64,000 bases of DNA from Candidatus Cloacimonadota bacterium. GTDB taxonomy: Bacteria; Cloacimonadota; Cloacimonadia; Cloacimonadales; TCS61. Made by a program: the position numbers and the translations under genes. Shown here in pieces: positions 19,426 to 29,359 of this stretch; the stretch's first letter is position 1; every line of letters starts with the position of its first letter. The notes below the pieces were generated by a model, which did no database searches, was not told the origin of the DNA, and worked only from the letters and a program-made list of their open reading frames with translations. The DNA lies in assembly GCA_021735645.1 (NCBI GenBank), contig JAIPGP010000003.1, forward strand, positions 6,917 through 70,916, written 5' to 3'.

Positions 19426-20064
19426 TTATCTAAGTAATAAATTAATAAAAAAGCTCAAAGGTGCTTCAATTATTGCTCTGATCAATCCCAAATGCAGCAT
19501 GTAATCTGCAGCAAATACTATCATTAGTATCATAGCTCCCTGGCGCTCTCGCGCTGTGTAACTGGCATACTGCTTGTCTGTGAGAAATCCGCCTAAAATC
19601 TTGGAACCATCCAGAGGCGGGAGCGGGATCAGATTAAAAATCCCTAATGCCAGATTGATCAATACTGCGTAATATAAAGCAAAAAAAATAGTCTTCGAAA
19701 AACCGGTCATTATACTTTCTGCCGGAATGATGCCCTGCAGAATATGAAAAATGATCGAGAAAATAATAGCCATCAGGAAATTAGAAACAGGACCTGCTGC
19801 TGCTGTGATGGCTGTATCCCGCTTGTAGTTCTTAAAGTTAAAAGGATTAATAGGTACTGGCTTTGCCCAGCCAATATGAACTATAAAAAGCATGAGCAAA
19901 CCTATGGGGTCTATATGTGATATAGGGTTCAGGTTCAGTCTGCCTGCCCGTTTGGCTGTATCATCTCCTAAATAATAGGCTGTTATGCCATGACTATATT
20001 CATGAATAGTCAGCGACATCAGCAAAATAGGTATTTGATATAGTAAGCTTGTGATGGTGTTCAT
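19426..20064 (-). CDS. Site-2 protease family (M50) zinc metalloprotease
   Basis: 212-aa polytopic membrane protein with an HEYSHG (HExxH) motif in the first TM region and a later LPPLDGS motif. Confidence 0.8.
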   Translation of the reverse strand: MNTITSLLYQIPILLMSLTIHEYSHGITAYYLGDDTAKRAGRLNLNPISHIDPIGLLMLFIVHIGWAKPVPINPFNFKNYKRDTAITAAAGPVSNFLMAIIFSIIFHILQGIIPAESIMTGFSKTIFFALYYAVLINLALGIFNLIPLPPLDGSKILGGFLTDKQYASYTARERQGAMILMIVFAADYMLHLGLIRAIIEAPLSFFINLLLR

Positions 20065-20076
20065 AGATTCCTCTTT

Positions 20077-21270
20077 TTAAAGGGTGATCTTCAAAAATCT
20101 CCGCTTTCCTGCTTTGATGATCACTGGTTTGGTTAACATAAATTCAAAGTCGTTTATCTTTTCATTATCTATAGAAATAGCATTTTGCCTGATCAGTCTT
20201 TTAACTTCGCTATTGCTTTCGCATAATCCTGATTCAACTAAAACTTCCGTGATTCTAGCAGGTGCGGTTATCTGGAATTCCGGCATATCATCCGGTATTT
20301 TTTTCTGGCTGAAAATAGTATTGAAGGTGTTTTCTGCTTCCTGAGCAGTTTCTTTACCGTGGTATAAACTCACAATCTCACGGGCAAGACGCTGTTTGAT
20401 CAGTTTGGGGTTCGTGTTACCGCTCATTAATTCCTTCTCTATTTCTGCCACTTCATCGGGACCCACAATCGTGGCATAATTGAAGTAATTGATAATTAAT
20501 TCATCGGGAATAGACATCACTTTGCCATACTTATCCTGAGCTGTGTCATATACGGCAATATAATTGCCAAGAGATTTACCCATTTTATTCACACCATCTG
20601 TTCCCATCAGTATTGGTGATAATATAGCTATCTGCTGCTCCTGTCCAAAATAACGCTGCATATCTCTGCCACATAAGATATTGAACGTCTGTTCGGTAGC
20701 TCCCAATTCGATGTCTGACTCTATTGCCACGGAATCATAACTCTGCAGAATAGGATACATGATCTCGTGCATGCCTAGCGATAGTCCCTCTTCATAACGT
20801 CGGCGAAAGGTGTCATGTGCCATGAATTGTGCCAATGTCCATTTTCCCATCAGCTTCAATACATCACTCATGTTCATATTTCCAAACCATTCTGTCTGCC
20901 AGCGGACTTCTGTCTTCTCCTTGTCCAGCACGGTATAGAGCTGGTCCATATATTTTTCAGCATTCTTTTTCACATCATCGGCTGTGAGTGGAGGGCGTGA
21001 CTCATCTCTACCGGTTGGGTCACCGATTTGAGCCGTGAAATCTCCTATAATGATCACTCCAGTATGACCCAAATCCTGAAAATTACGCATCTTCCGGATA
21101 GGGACAAGATGGCCTATATGCACATCTGAGCCTGTAGGGTCAATGCCATACTTTATTCGCAGAGGCTTACCTGTCTTCTCTGATTTCTCCAGCTTTTTTA
21201 ATAACTCATCTTCCGGGATGATTTCTTCTACTCCCTGACGAATTAATTTCATTTCTTCGGCAAATTTCAT
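20077..21270 (-). CDS. tyrS: Tyrosine--tRNA ligase
   Basis: HIGH motif (DVHIGHLV), KMSKS variant (KMGKSLGN) and a C-terminal S4-like domain. The start is set to the Met with a GGAAGG RBS 7 nt upstream; the track ORF extends to 21309. Confidence 0.9.
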   Translation of the reverse strand: MKFAEEMKLIRQGVEEIIPEDELLKKLEKSEKTGKPLRIKYGIDPTGSDVHIGHLVPIRKMRNFQDLGHTGVIIIGDFTAQIGDPTGRDESRPPLTADDVKKNAEKYMDQLYTVLDKEKTEVRWQTEWFGNMNMSDVLKLMGKWTLAQFMAHDTFRRRYEEGLSLGMHEIMYPILQSYDSVAIESDIELGATEQTFNILCGRDMQRYFGQEQQIAILSPILMGTDGVNKMGKSLGNYIAVYDTAQDKYGKVMSIPDELIINYFNYATIVGPDEVAEIEKELMSGNTNPKLIKQRLAREIVSLYHGKETAQEAENTFNTIFSQKKIPDDMPEFQITAPARITEVLVESGLCESNSEVKRLIRQNAISIDNEKINDFEFMLTKPVIIKAGKRRFLKITL

Positions 21271-21361
21271 TTTCATTCCTTCCAAGTTTTTAGAGAATGT
21301 CAAAATCACTATCTTATTTTACTTGTCAATTATGTTAGCTAATAGTTTTGTTTTTTTATAC

Positions 21362-22288
21362 TTATACCAGGTTAATATAGTCCTGCAGACGCCGATCAAA
21401 GATATTGAGCCGAAATGCCTGGGACAGCAGCTCAGATATTGACCTGTAAAACAAAGCAGGTGTGTTAGTTACAATGTAATAAAACTTTCTGTCTTCCTCA
21501 TAAATAGGATTTTCCAGGTTAGTGAAGTGCGTTCCGGCAAAGGTGACACCAGCTTCTCCGGCAGCGTCTATCACCAGGCAGCCTGGTTTCAGCAGACGTT
21601 GATCTTCTCTGCTTAGTACCGGCTGAGATGGATCGTCCAGTTTAATACCAGAAACTATTATATCCCAAAGCCCCAGGGTGTATTTGAAGTCTTTTAATGT
21701 CCGTCTATAAAACATTCGCACTTTTGCACCTAACTGGGAAGAAAACTTGAAAGCTCCCTGGGCTACGTTACCGGTTCCCAGCACAGCAATGCGAGTTTGT
21801 GGTGTGATCAATATCCCATGTGACAGGGTGGCATGATAGATGGCAGCATACCCGGCCATCACCGAGTTTTCCCAGCTAAAATAATCCTGCACCCATTTCA
21901 CAGGGACAATTTTATCCCGATGATAAAGTCTGGTTTTTATATCAGTATCAATTATATATAGGTCTTTTTGCAGAAATAGAGTATCAAAAAAATCTTTGCC
22001 GGCAGCTTGTGGTTGTTGCCCGCCGATAAAAACCTGACGATCCCGCACGAGTTCATAATCTTCTGTTTCAATTGGTTTCAAGCTGAAAATACCATCACAG
22101 GAGGCAAATATTTCTTTGCGATTGCGTATGCGTGCACCTCGATTTAAATATTCAATATCTTCTATGCCCAGTGAACTTCCATAACCTTTCTCAAAGTAAA
22201 GCTCATCAATTACCCCACCGATATCCTCGGGTAATAAAACTACTCTTTTTTCACCAGGTGACTGCGGTTTTATAAATCCAATTTTCAT
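21362..22288 (-). CDS. Alanine dehydrogenase/PNT-superfamily NAD(P)-binding protein (N5-(carboxyethyl)ornithine-synthase-like size and layout)
   Basis: 308 aa. MKIGFIKP...EKRVVLLPEDI N-terminus and a Rossmann GxGxxA motif (VLGTGNVAQGA). The assignment to a CEOS-like subgroup is from memory of family architecture only. Confidence 0.45.
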   Translation of the reverse strand: MKIGFIKPQSPGEKRVVLLPEDIGGVIDELYFEKGYGSSLGIEDIEYLNRGARIRNRKEIFASCDGIFSLKPIETEDYELVRDRQVFIGGQQPQAAGKDFFDTLFLQKDLYIIDTDIKTRLYHRDKIVPVKWVQDYFSWENSVMAGYAAIYHATLSHGILITPQTRIAVLGTGNVAQGAFKFSSQLGAKVRMFYRRTLKDFKYTLGLWDIIVSGIKLDDPSQPVLSREDQRLLKPGCLVIDAAGEAGVTFAGTHFTNLENPIYEEDRKFYYIVTNTPALFYRSISELLSQAFRLNIFDRRLQDYINLV

Positions 22289-22424
22289 CTTCTATACTCC
22301 CTGATATAATATTTCTATCCAGCAGATTTTTGTCAAATCAATCTCGCGGAAGAAAAAATTGTTGTCAGGATTAACATCTCAAAATCATTGTCTTTACACA
22401 GTGATAAATGTAAGGAGTATATCA

Positions 22425-24776
22425 ATGAAATTCCCCCAAATTAACAGGAAATTTATCTTGCTGACGTTTTTTTTAGCTGCTTTGGCTTTCTGCCAGGGCA
22501 CTGCCTCTATCAGTGGCTTTGTCCACAGCAGTGAGACAGGTGAGCCTCTGGCTTATGCCAATGTAGTTCTTCTTGACCAGAATTCTGGTACACAGACCAA
22601 TAATAAGGGATATTATGTTGTCATGATCAAAGAGCCGGGTGAATATTCACTGCAGTTCAGCCAGATTTCCCATAAAACTCAGACACTCACCGTGAATTTT
22701 GCTGATCTGATGGAAAGCAGGATCATCAACGTAGAGTTGGAGCGGGAAGCCGTTCAGATCGAAGGTAGTGAAGTCACTGAAGCCAGGGCTTTTAGAAAAT
22801 TCAAAGCTAATACTCCGGAAATTCGAGCAGGAAATGTCCTGAGTACGGCAGAACAAATCCTGGAAGTTTCCCAATTAGGCGAAGATGACATTATTCGTTC
22901 CCTGCAGGTGCTGCCAGGAGTTTCTTCCTTATCAGATTATTCCAGTGGTTTATACATCTGGGGTGGCACTTATGATCAAAACCTGATATTGCTGGATGAT
23001 ATTGCTGTTTACAACCCTACTCACTTTGGTGGTCTGTTCAGTGTTTTCAATTCTGATGCCATCAGCACAGTAGAGCTTATGAAGGGTGGCTATCCGGCTC
23101 TTTATGGTGGACGTCTGTCTTCGGTGCTCAGCATCCATAACCGCGAAGGAAACCGAAAAAAATATCAGGGAGTTGCCAGATGGAGCCTTATCTCTGCTGC
23201 AGCAACTCTGGAAGGTCCCTTTTCCCCAAAAAATGATCAGGGTTCCTGGATGATTTCTTATCGACGCAATTATTATGACCTGATTGCCAAAGCAGTCGAT
23301 GATATGCCGGATTATTATTTCTATGATGGTCATATTCGCTTGAACTGGGATATCACTCCCACAAATAAATATAATCTCAGCATCTATAATGGTCGTGATG
23401 AATTGAAATTAGACATTTTTTATAAAATGAAGATTGACTGGGGAAATACAGCTTTCACGCTTACAAATACCCGCGTCTGGGATAATGGTTTGTATGGCAG
23501 TTTCATGCTGGCTGGCAGCACATTTGGCAGCATTTTCCGAGTGCAGGATGAAGAAACATCGCTCTATGACTGGGATAATGACATTAATGATGTCTCTTTT
23601 AAAAGCCGGTTCTCTAAGAGATTTTCTGAAGCCAGCAGACTGGATTTCGGCTGGGAAGCTAAATATATGGAAGTTAAATTCAAGGTCGATAGTGATCTGG
23701 AATACGACTCTTCCAGCATGTATGACATCATAGGCGGTAGTCTGCTGTCCTCTGCTTATGTCCAGCAGTACTGGAAACCCTCACCCGGCTGGAATATCGA
23801 ACCTGGGCTGAGGTTGAATTACTATAAAATGCTGGAGGTGAAACCGGAATCTGCTCCTGATGCCGAATTTCTTAACCTGTCTCCTCGCCTGGCTATTAGA
23901 CGTATCATTGATGATTCTTCCAATATGTATCTGGCTCTGGGCAGATATTATCAGTATATGGTTCTGATCAGTTCCGGAGCTGCCGGAGCTATGGACGTTT
24001 GGTTTCCTATCGATGGCAGTGTGGAGCCTTCCTACGCAGACCATTATATCGTGGGTTATAAAAAAGAGATCGGCGAAAATATTGGCTTTGATCTGGAACT
24101 CTACTACAAAGATTATAAAAACCTGGTGGAACAGGATCAGAATGCTTTTTTTAACTGGAATAATGACACTGGAAAACTTGCCGATGTTTTAGATGAAGGC
24201 TCAGGATTTTCCTGGGGTGCTGACTTCCTGCTGCGAACTGACTGGCGGGGCATCTCCGGTTTTGTGGGCTACACTTTAGGCGTTACCCGCCGGAAAATAC
24301 TGGAATCAAATACTAATCCTCAAACCGGCTTGGCAGAATACTACTATCCACGCTATGATAGAACTCATCAACTCACTTTCATGGAAAACTTCAATTTTGC
24401 CCGTGCCTGGAACTGGTTCCTGGCTGATGGTGAACCTTCGCTGGGCATAAATATCTCATATAAGACCGGACAGCCACACTCAAAACCGGAAAAAATGTAC
24501 TTTGATGGCGAACATTATGAATTTCTCTACAGCTATAAAGATGGTCAAAGATTGCCTGATTATTTCCGGCTTGATCTTTCGCTCAAATGCCGATTCGTAT
24601 ATTCCTGGGGTGAACTGGAACCATATCTGCAGGTGCTCAATGTTACTAACCGTGAAAATATCAACAGCATTTCATATAATGTAGAATCTGATGAAGAAGG
24701 AAACCTCAATCTGATCCATGAAGATTGGACTGAACTGCCTTTTTTGCCCTTTATCGGCATTTCAGCTAAATTTTAG
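22425..24776 (+). CDS. TonB-dependent receptor with N-terminal carboxypeptidase-regulatory-like domain
   Basis: The Met at 22425 has an AAGGAG RBS and a signal peptide (MKFPQINRKFILLTFFLAALAFCQG). CarboxypepD_reg-like GFVHSSETGEPLAYANVVL, a plug region, a long beta-barrel and a terminal aromatic (ISAKF). Confidence 0.8.
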   Translation: MKFPQINRKFILLTFFLAALAFCQGTASISGFVHSSETGEPLAYANVVLLDQNSGTQTNNKGYYVVMIKEPGEYSLQFSQISHKTQTLTVNFADLMESRIINVELEREAVQIEGSEVTEARAFRKFKANTPEIRAGNVLSTAEQILEVSQLGEDDIIRSLQVLPGVSSLSDYSSGLYIWGGTYDQNLILLDDIAVYNPTHFGGLFSVFNSDAISTVELMKGGYPALYGGRLSSVLSIHNREGNRKKYQGVARWSLISAAATLEGPFSPKNDQGSWMISYRRNYYDLIAKAVDDMPDYYFYDGHIRLNWDITPTNKYNLSIYNGRDELKLDIFYKMKIDWGNTAFTLTNTRVWDNGLYGSFMLAGSTFGSIFRVQDEETSLYDWDNDINDVSFKSRFSKRFSEASRLDFGWEAKYMEVKFKVDSDLEYDSSSMYDIIGGSLLSSAYVQQYWKPSPGWNIEPGLRLNYYKMLEVKPESAPDAEFLNLSPRLAIRRIIDDSSNMYLALGRYYQYMVLISSGAAGAMDVWFPIDGSVEPSYADHYIVGYKKEIGENIGFDLELYYKDYKNLVEQDQNAFFNWNNDTGKLADVLDEGSGFSWGADFLLRTDWRGISGFVGYTLGVTRRKILESNTNPQTGLAEYYYPRYDRTHQLTFMENFNFARAWNWFLADGEPSLGINISYKTGQPHSKPEKMYFDGEHYEFLYSYKDGQRLPDYFRLDLSLKCRFVYSWGELEPYLQVLNVTNRENINSISYNVESDEEGNLNLIHEDWTELPFLPFIGISAKF

Positions 24777-24784
24777 GAGGAATA

Positions 24785-25711
24785 ATGAAATATATCATAA
24801 TGATTATTATTACTTTATCACTTATAACAGCCTGTGATCTCACTTCTCCTGAACGCTACGTAAAGGATAAACTGGTGATTGCCGGCTATCTCATTGCAGG
24901 AAAAACCGTATCTGTAGATAATCCCATCTTTATTGGAAAAACCATTTCTACCGAAGGTGGAAACATTTTAGATGTGATTATTCCAGATGCTACAGTTACT
25001 ATTGAAAACATGAATGAAGAGCTTATATTTCAACTTTATTTTAATGACTCTTTCCCGAATTTTGGCTATTATAATAATGCCCTGATCATTAAAGCCGGAA
25101 ATACTTATGAAATTCAGGTTGAAGCTGTAATTGATTCTGTTACGGTTCAGGCTTATGCCCAAACCACTGTCCCGGATTCCATCTACCTTGATCTTGATTA
25201 TAGAGGACTGGCTACTCCTGAATACGGATTTGCTGATGAATATTCTGATAATCTTCCCGCTATACCTTTTACTGAAATGGAAGATAATTTCCCTATATAT
25301 TCCCGCTATACCGATGGCAGTGTTGTTTATTCTTATTACAATTTCTATTGCCTGGAAGAATTCTCCACTGAGCTGGAATTCACTCAACCTATATTTGGTT
25401 ACGAACATCTGGAAGAGGATGACGCAGATTCATACAATAGTCCGCTCAGTAACAATATGCGGGAAAGCAGCATGATCTGGCGCTACCAGCCACTCCAGGA
25501 TGAAGATGGCTACTGGTATCTCCTGGAAGAAACCTACGATGGCGGATTTCAGTATTATGGCAGATATCGCATTACTATCTATTCTGCAGATACAAACTTC
25601 TATACCTACCAATACCATAGTGAAAGCTACCTCTATGGTGGAATAGTAGGCGGTATTGGCTATTTCGGCTCAGTATCAGGAGAAGATTATTATACAACAG
25701 TTATCAAGTAA
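24785..25711 (+). CDS. DUF4249-like lipoprotein partner of the TonB-dependent receptor
   Basis: Lipobox LITAC. 308 aa, immediately downstream of the receptor with a TAGGAGG RBS. This pairing is typical for FCB-group genomes. Confidence 0.5.
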   Translation: MKYIIMIIITLSLITACDLTSPERYVKDKLVIAGYLIAGKTVSVDNPIFIGKTISTEGGNILDVIIPDATVTIENMNEELIFQLYFNDSFPNFGYYNNALIIKAGNTYEIQVEAVIDSVTVQAYAQTTVPDSIYLDLDYRGLATPEYGFADEYSDNLPAIPFTEMEDNFPIYSRYTDGSVVYSYYNFYCLEEFSTELEFTQPIFGYEHLEEDDADSYNSPLSNNMRESSMIWRYQPLQDEDGYWYLLEETYDGGFQYYGRYRITIYSADTNFYTYQYHSESYLYGGIVGGIGYFGSVSGEDYYTTVIK

Positions 25712-25737
25712 CAGCTAAATTAGAATTTGCCTGACCT

Positions 25738-25762
25738 TGCGGATGGTTGCCAAACATCCGCA
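25738..25762 (+). terminator. Hairpin downstream of the DUF4249-like gene (no U-tract)
   Basis: Stem TGCGGATG (25738-25745) / CATCCGCA (25755-25762) with a 9-nt loop. No following T-run, so it is weak as an intrinsic terminator. Confidence 0.4.
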
Positions 25763-25816
25763 CAAGCTAAATAATCTGCTTGACAGAACCACCAACTCTT
25801 AAGGTAGAATATATTT

Positions 25817-27649
25817 ATGAATAAATATGATGTAATAGTAGTTGGTGCCGGTCATGCCGGAGTGGAAGCAGCCTCTGCTGCTGCTCGTATGGGAGCAAAT
25901 ACTCTCCTTTTTGTGATCAAAATGGAGAGCATTGCCCGTATGAGCTGCAATCCCACGATTGGCGGTCCTGCTAAAGGTCACCTGGCTCGTGAGATCGATG
26001 CTCTGGGCGGGTTGATAGGCATGGCTGCTGACGCTACAGGTATCCAATTTCGGATGCTGAACCGCAAAAAAGGTCCCGCGGTCTGGGCACCGCGCTGCCA
26101 GAATGACCGCGGTTTATATACTCGCTTTATGACTGCTGAACTGGAAAACACTCCTAATCTCCTGATCATTGAATCCATTATTGATGATATTATTGTAGCT
26201 AAAAACATGGTAACCGGTGTTCGCTCTCATCTAGGTGAAGAATACCTGGCTCCCCGCGTTATTATTACAGCAGGTACTTTCCTGCGTGGCAGGGTGTTTG
26301 TGGGGGATGTGTCCTATAGTGCCGGCAGAGCAGGAGAACCTTCAGCAGATAAACTTTCACTTTCTCTGGAAAAACTGGGCTTACATCTGGCAAGATTCAA
26401 AACCGGTACTCCACCGCGGATAGACATCAGAACTGCTGACATCAGTTGCATGGAACTGCAGCCCGGGGACGAAAACCCCACTGGCTTCTCATATTACCGT
26501 GATATAGAATTGAAGAATCTGGTTGATTGCTATCTCACCTGGACAAATCCTACTACGCACCAGATCATAAGTGGTAACCTTGATAAATCCTCGCTATATG
26601 GCGGTTTCATCAGTGGCACGGGTCCACGCTACTGTCCCTCCATAGAAGATAAAATTGTTAAATTCTCTACAAAAGAACATCATCATGTTTTCATCGAACC
26701 CGAAGGGCTCTATACTTATGAAGCTTATGTGAACGGAGTATCAAACAGTCTTCCACCCCATATACAAGAAAAAATGATCGCCTCTATCACCGGACTGGAA
26801 AATGCCAGGATCATGCGTTATGGTTATGCTATCGAGTATGATTACGTGATTCCGGACAGTCTCACTCCCACCATGGAAACTAAGAACGTGAAGGGGCTCT
26901 ATCTGGCAGGTCAGATAAATGGCACAAGTGGCTATGAAGAAGCTGCTGCTCAGGGAATTGCTGCCGGTATAAATGCTGTTCTCAGTTTGGATAAAAAAGC
27001 GGCGGTAATTTTTGACCGCTCCCAAAGCTATCTTGGAGTTCTTCTGGATGACCTGGTAACCAAAGGTACGAATGAACCCTACCGTCTTTTCACTTCCCGC
27101 TCTGAATACAGGCTTTTTCTACGTCAGGATAATGCGGATGAACGCCTGATGCCCTTAGGCTACAAACTGGGGCTGGTAAGCGATGTCCGCTGGCAAAAAT
27201 ATCTGCAGGTGCAGAAAGTGATTGAGACGGAAATGGACTTCCTGGCAAAGCATAACACTACGCTGACAGAAGGACTTACCGAATCTACCCGACTGATAAA
27301 TATCCTCAAACGTCCCCAGATGGAATTCCATGACCTCACTAAATATGGTTATAATATCCCGGAAAATGTTACTCCGGATATTGCCAACCGCATTCTCCTC
27401 AAAGTTAAATATGCCGGTTATTTCAAAAGGCAACTGGGTGATATTGAGCGTTTTAACCGCATGGAACAGGCAGAATTATCTGTTGACATAGATTATATGC
27501 AAATAAAAAGTATAGCCTGGGAAGCACGGGAAAAACTTAATCGCATTAAGCCGCTCTCTATCGGACAGGCAGCTCGCATTCCCGGCGTGAATATCACGGA
27601 TATAAATGCTCTTATTATCTTTCTGAAAAAACTTAAAAAGGAGATATAA
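25817..27649 (+). CDS. mnmG: tRNA uridine-5-carboxymethylaminomethyl modification enzyme MnmG (GidA)
   Basis: 610 aa. FAD motif YDVIVVGAGHAGVEAA and GPRYCPSIEDK. Confidence 0.95.
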   Translation: MNKYDVIVVGAGHAGVEAASAAARMGANTLLFVIKMESIARMSCNPTIGGPAKGHLAREIDALGGLIGMAADATGIQFRMLNRKKGPAVWAPRCQNDRGLYTRFMTAELENTPNLLIIESIIDDIIVAKNMVTGVRSHLGEEYLAPRVIITAGTFLRGRVFVGDVSYSAGRAGEPSADKLSLSLEKLGLHLARFKTGTPPRIDIRTADISCMELQPGDENPTGFSYYRDIELKNLVDCYLTWTNPTTHQIISGNLDKSSLYGGFISGTGPRYCPSIEDKIVKFSTKEHHHVFIEPEGLYTYEAYVNGVSNSLPPHIQEKMIASITGLENARIMRYGYAIEYDYVIPDSLTPTMETKNVKGLYLAGQINGTSGYEEAAAQGIAAGINAVLSLDKKAAVIFDRSQSYLGVLLDDLVTKGTNEPYRLFTSRSEYRLFLRQDNADERLMPLGYKLGLVSDVRWQKYLQVQKVIETEMDFLAKHNTTLTEGLTESTRLINILKRPQMEFHDLTKYGYNIPENVTPDIANRILLKVKYAGYFKRQLGDIERFNRMEQAELSVDIDYMQIKSIAWEAREKLNRIKPLSIGQAARIPGVNITDINALIIFLKKLKKEI

Positions 27650-28449
27650 TGAAAAAATTGCTCTGGCTTGTTATAATGATTCTGCTGATCTCAAGTTGTG
27701 CTCAGCATTGCAAATCTCAGTCTCCAGCCGCTAAAGCCCAGGGACGCTATATCAAAGTACCTCGCTGGTTTACGTCTATGCCCCAAGGTGATTTCTGCCT
27801 CGGATTCGCTAAACTCACGGTCAATGAAGCCGCTGTTAAAATCTCTGCGCTACAGGATGCCACAGTCTCTTATTGCCGTGATCACAATTGTTATGTGGTC
27901 AATAAAAGAGCTATTCGCGATACCCAGATCAATAACGGCTCGGGGGAACAGGAATTCCAGGTGCTGGTTACCAGCGAGCCGCAGCAGCTTTATGACATCC
28001 GTGACAACCTGCAGCTTCTTGACTATTTCTGGTTTTATGATAATTTTATCGGCATATACTCCCTAAACCACTCTCAAATAGATACTACCCGTGTAGATGT
28101 CTGGTGCGATGAAGCTAATACCAAAAAATCTCCTGAATGGTATACTGCTGATTTGACTATTACGGAAGATCAGGTATATTCTGATGTATATGCCAGCTCC
28201 TCTGACCTGATTGATGCCTGGCAGCGTGCTGTTGATAATGGCAGAGTAAAACTTGCCAGCTATAATAAAATCAAAGTGGATGCTTCTGTATGGCATATCA
28301 ATGGAGAACGTGATAAAATGATTGCTCTGGAAACCTCTTATAAAATGAATCGTATTAACATCAATAAGTTGTTTCTCAAGCGCTATCAAGGTCCAGGAGG
28401 TCCTGGTTATTCCGTGCATTTGCGTATGTCTATGGATAAAGGCGCTTAA
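27649..28449 (+). CDS. Hypothetical lipoprotein (possibly tandem LPP20-like)
   Basis: Lipobox LISSC. 266 aa with a TAATG overlap onto mnmG. Two segments begin P(R/E)W(F/Y)T. The family call is weak. Confidence 0.45.
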   Translation: MKKLLWLVIMILLISSCAQHCKSQSPAAKAQGRYIKVPRWFTSMPQGDFCLGFAKLTVNEAAVKISALQDATVSYCRDHNCYVVNKRAIRDTQINNGSGEQEFQVLVTSEPQQLYDIRDNLQLLDYFWFYDNFIGIYSLNHSQIDTTRVDVWCDEANTKKSPEWYTADLTITEDQVYSDVYASSSDLIDAWQRAVDNGRVKLASYNKIKVDASVWHINGERDKMIALETSYKMNRININKLFLKRYQGPGGPGYSVHLRMSMDKGA

Positions 28450-28451
28450 AT

Positions 28452-29180
28452 ATGAATTTCATCGCTGTTATCCCTGCCAGATGGCAATCTTCCCGCTTTC
28501 CCGGCAAACCGCTCGCCTTGCTCAATGATAAATCTGTCATCCAGCACGTTTATGAAAATGTTCTGAACTCAGGGCTTTTTCAACAGGTTATCGTGGCTAC
28601 TGACTCCCAGATTATCCTCGATGCTGTCCACGCTTTCGGCGGAACTGCTCAAATGACAAGTTCAGATCACCATAGCGGTACTGACCGCATTGCTGAGGTA
28701 TGCCAGACTCTGGATTTTGATGTAGTGGTAAACGTCCAGGGTGATGAACCATTTATATCTTCAGAACCGCTCAAATGCCTCATTTCTGCCTTCCTCGACC
28801 CTAAAGTTCAAGTGGCTTCCCTGATGCACCGCATCTCTGGTAAAATAGATGACCATAATCAAGTGAAAGTTGTCTGCGATATACACGGTTATGCTCTCTA
28901 TTTCTCCCGCTCGGTCATCCCTTTTAACCGCGATTATAACTCTGATGTTGAATATTTCGGACACGTTGGGGTTTATGCCTTCCGCCGCGAAGCTCTCTTT
29001 AAATTTATCGCTCTGCCGACTGCCAAACTGGAAAATATCGAAAAACTCGAACAGCTCAGACTCCTCGAAAACGGCATCCCCATTAAAATGATCTCCACTA
29101 ATTACGCCGGATTAGGCATCGATACCCCGGAAAACCTTGTCCAGGCAAAAAAACTCCTGCACCCGAATTTAACTACCTGA
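28452..29180 (+). CDS. kdsB: 3-deoxy-manno-octulosonate cytidylyltransferase (CMP-KDO synthetase)
   Basis: 242 aa. AVIPARWQSSRFPGKPL N-terminus and the NVQGDEP motif. Confidence 0.9.
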   Translation: MNFIAVIPARWQSSRFPGKPLALLNDKSVIQHVYENVLNSGLFQQVIVATDSQIILDAVHAFGGTAQMTSSDHHSGTDRIAEVCQTLDFDVVVNVQGDEPFISSEPLKCLISAFLDPKVQVASLMHRISGKIDDHNQVKVVCDIHGYALYFSRSVIPFNRDYNSDVEYFGHVGVYAFRREALFKFIALPTAKLENIEKLEQLRLLENGIPIKMISTNYAGLGIDTPENLVQAKKLLHPNLTT

Positions 29181-29262
29181 TAACTACCTTAAAAAAAAGA
29201 CGCATTTTCACCTTTCCCCTTTTATAGCATCCGTATATCTCCCCCTCATCAGGAAGTATGAT

Positions 29263-29322
29263 CCCAGAACAACAAAGCACGTACCCGCATTTTTTTGTGA
29301 GATTGTGCTTTGTTGTTCTGGG
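29263..29322. repeat. Palindromic element, copy 1 (perfect 18-bp arms)
   Basis: CCCAGAACAACAAAGCAC (29263-29280) and GTGCTTTGTTGTTCTGGG (29305-29322) flank a 24-nt loop. Imperfect inverted symmetry continues into the flanks (~29240-29350). Lies between convergent kdsB and the serine-hydrolase gene. No flanking U-tract on either strand. Confidence 0.8.
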
Positions 29323-29359
29323 TCGTAGTCACTTTACAGGTGAGGCAGGGGTGATTATG

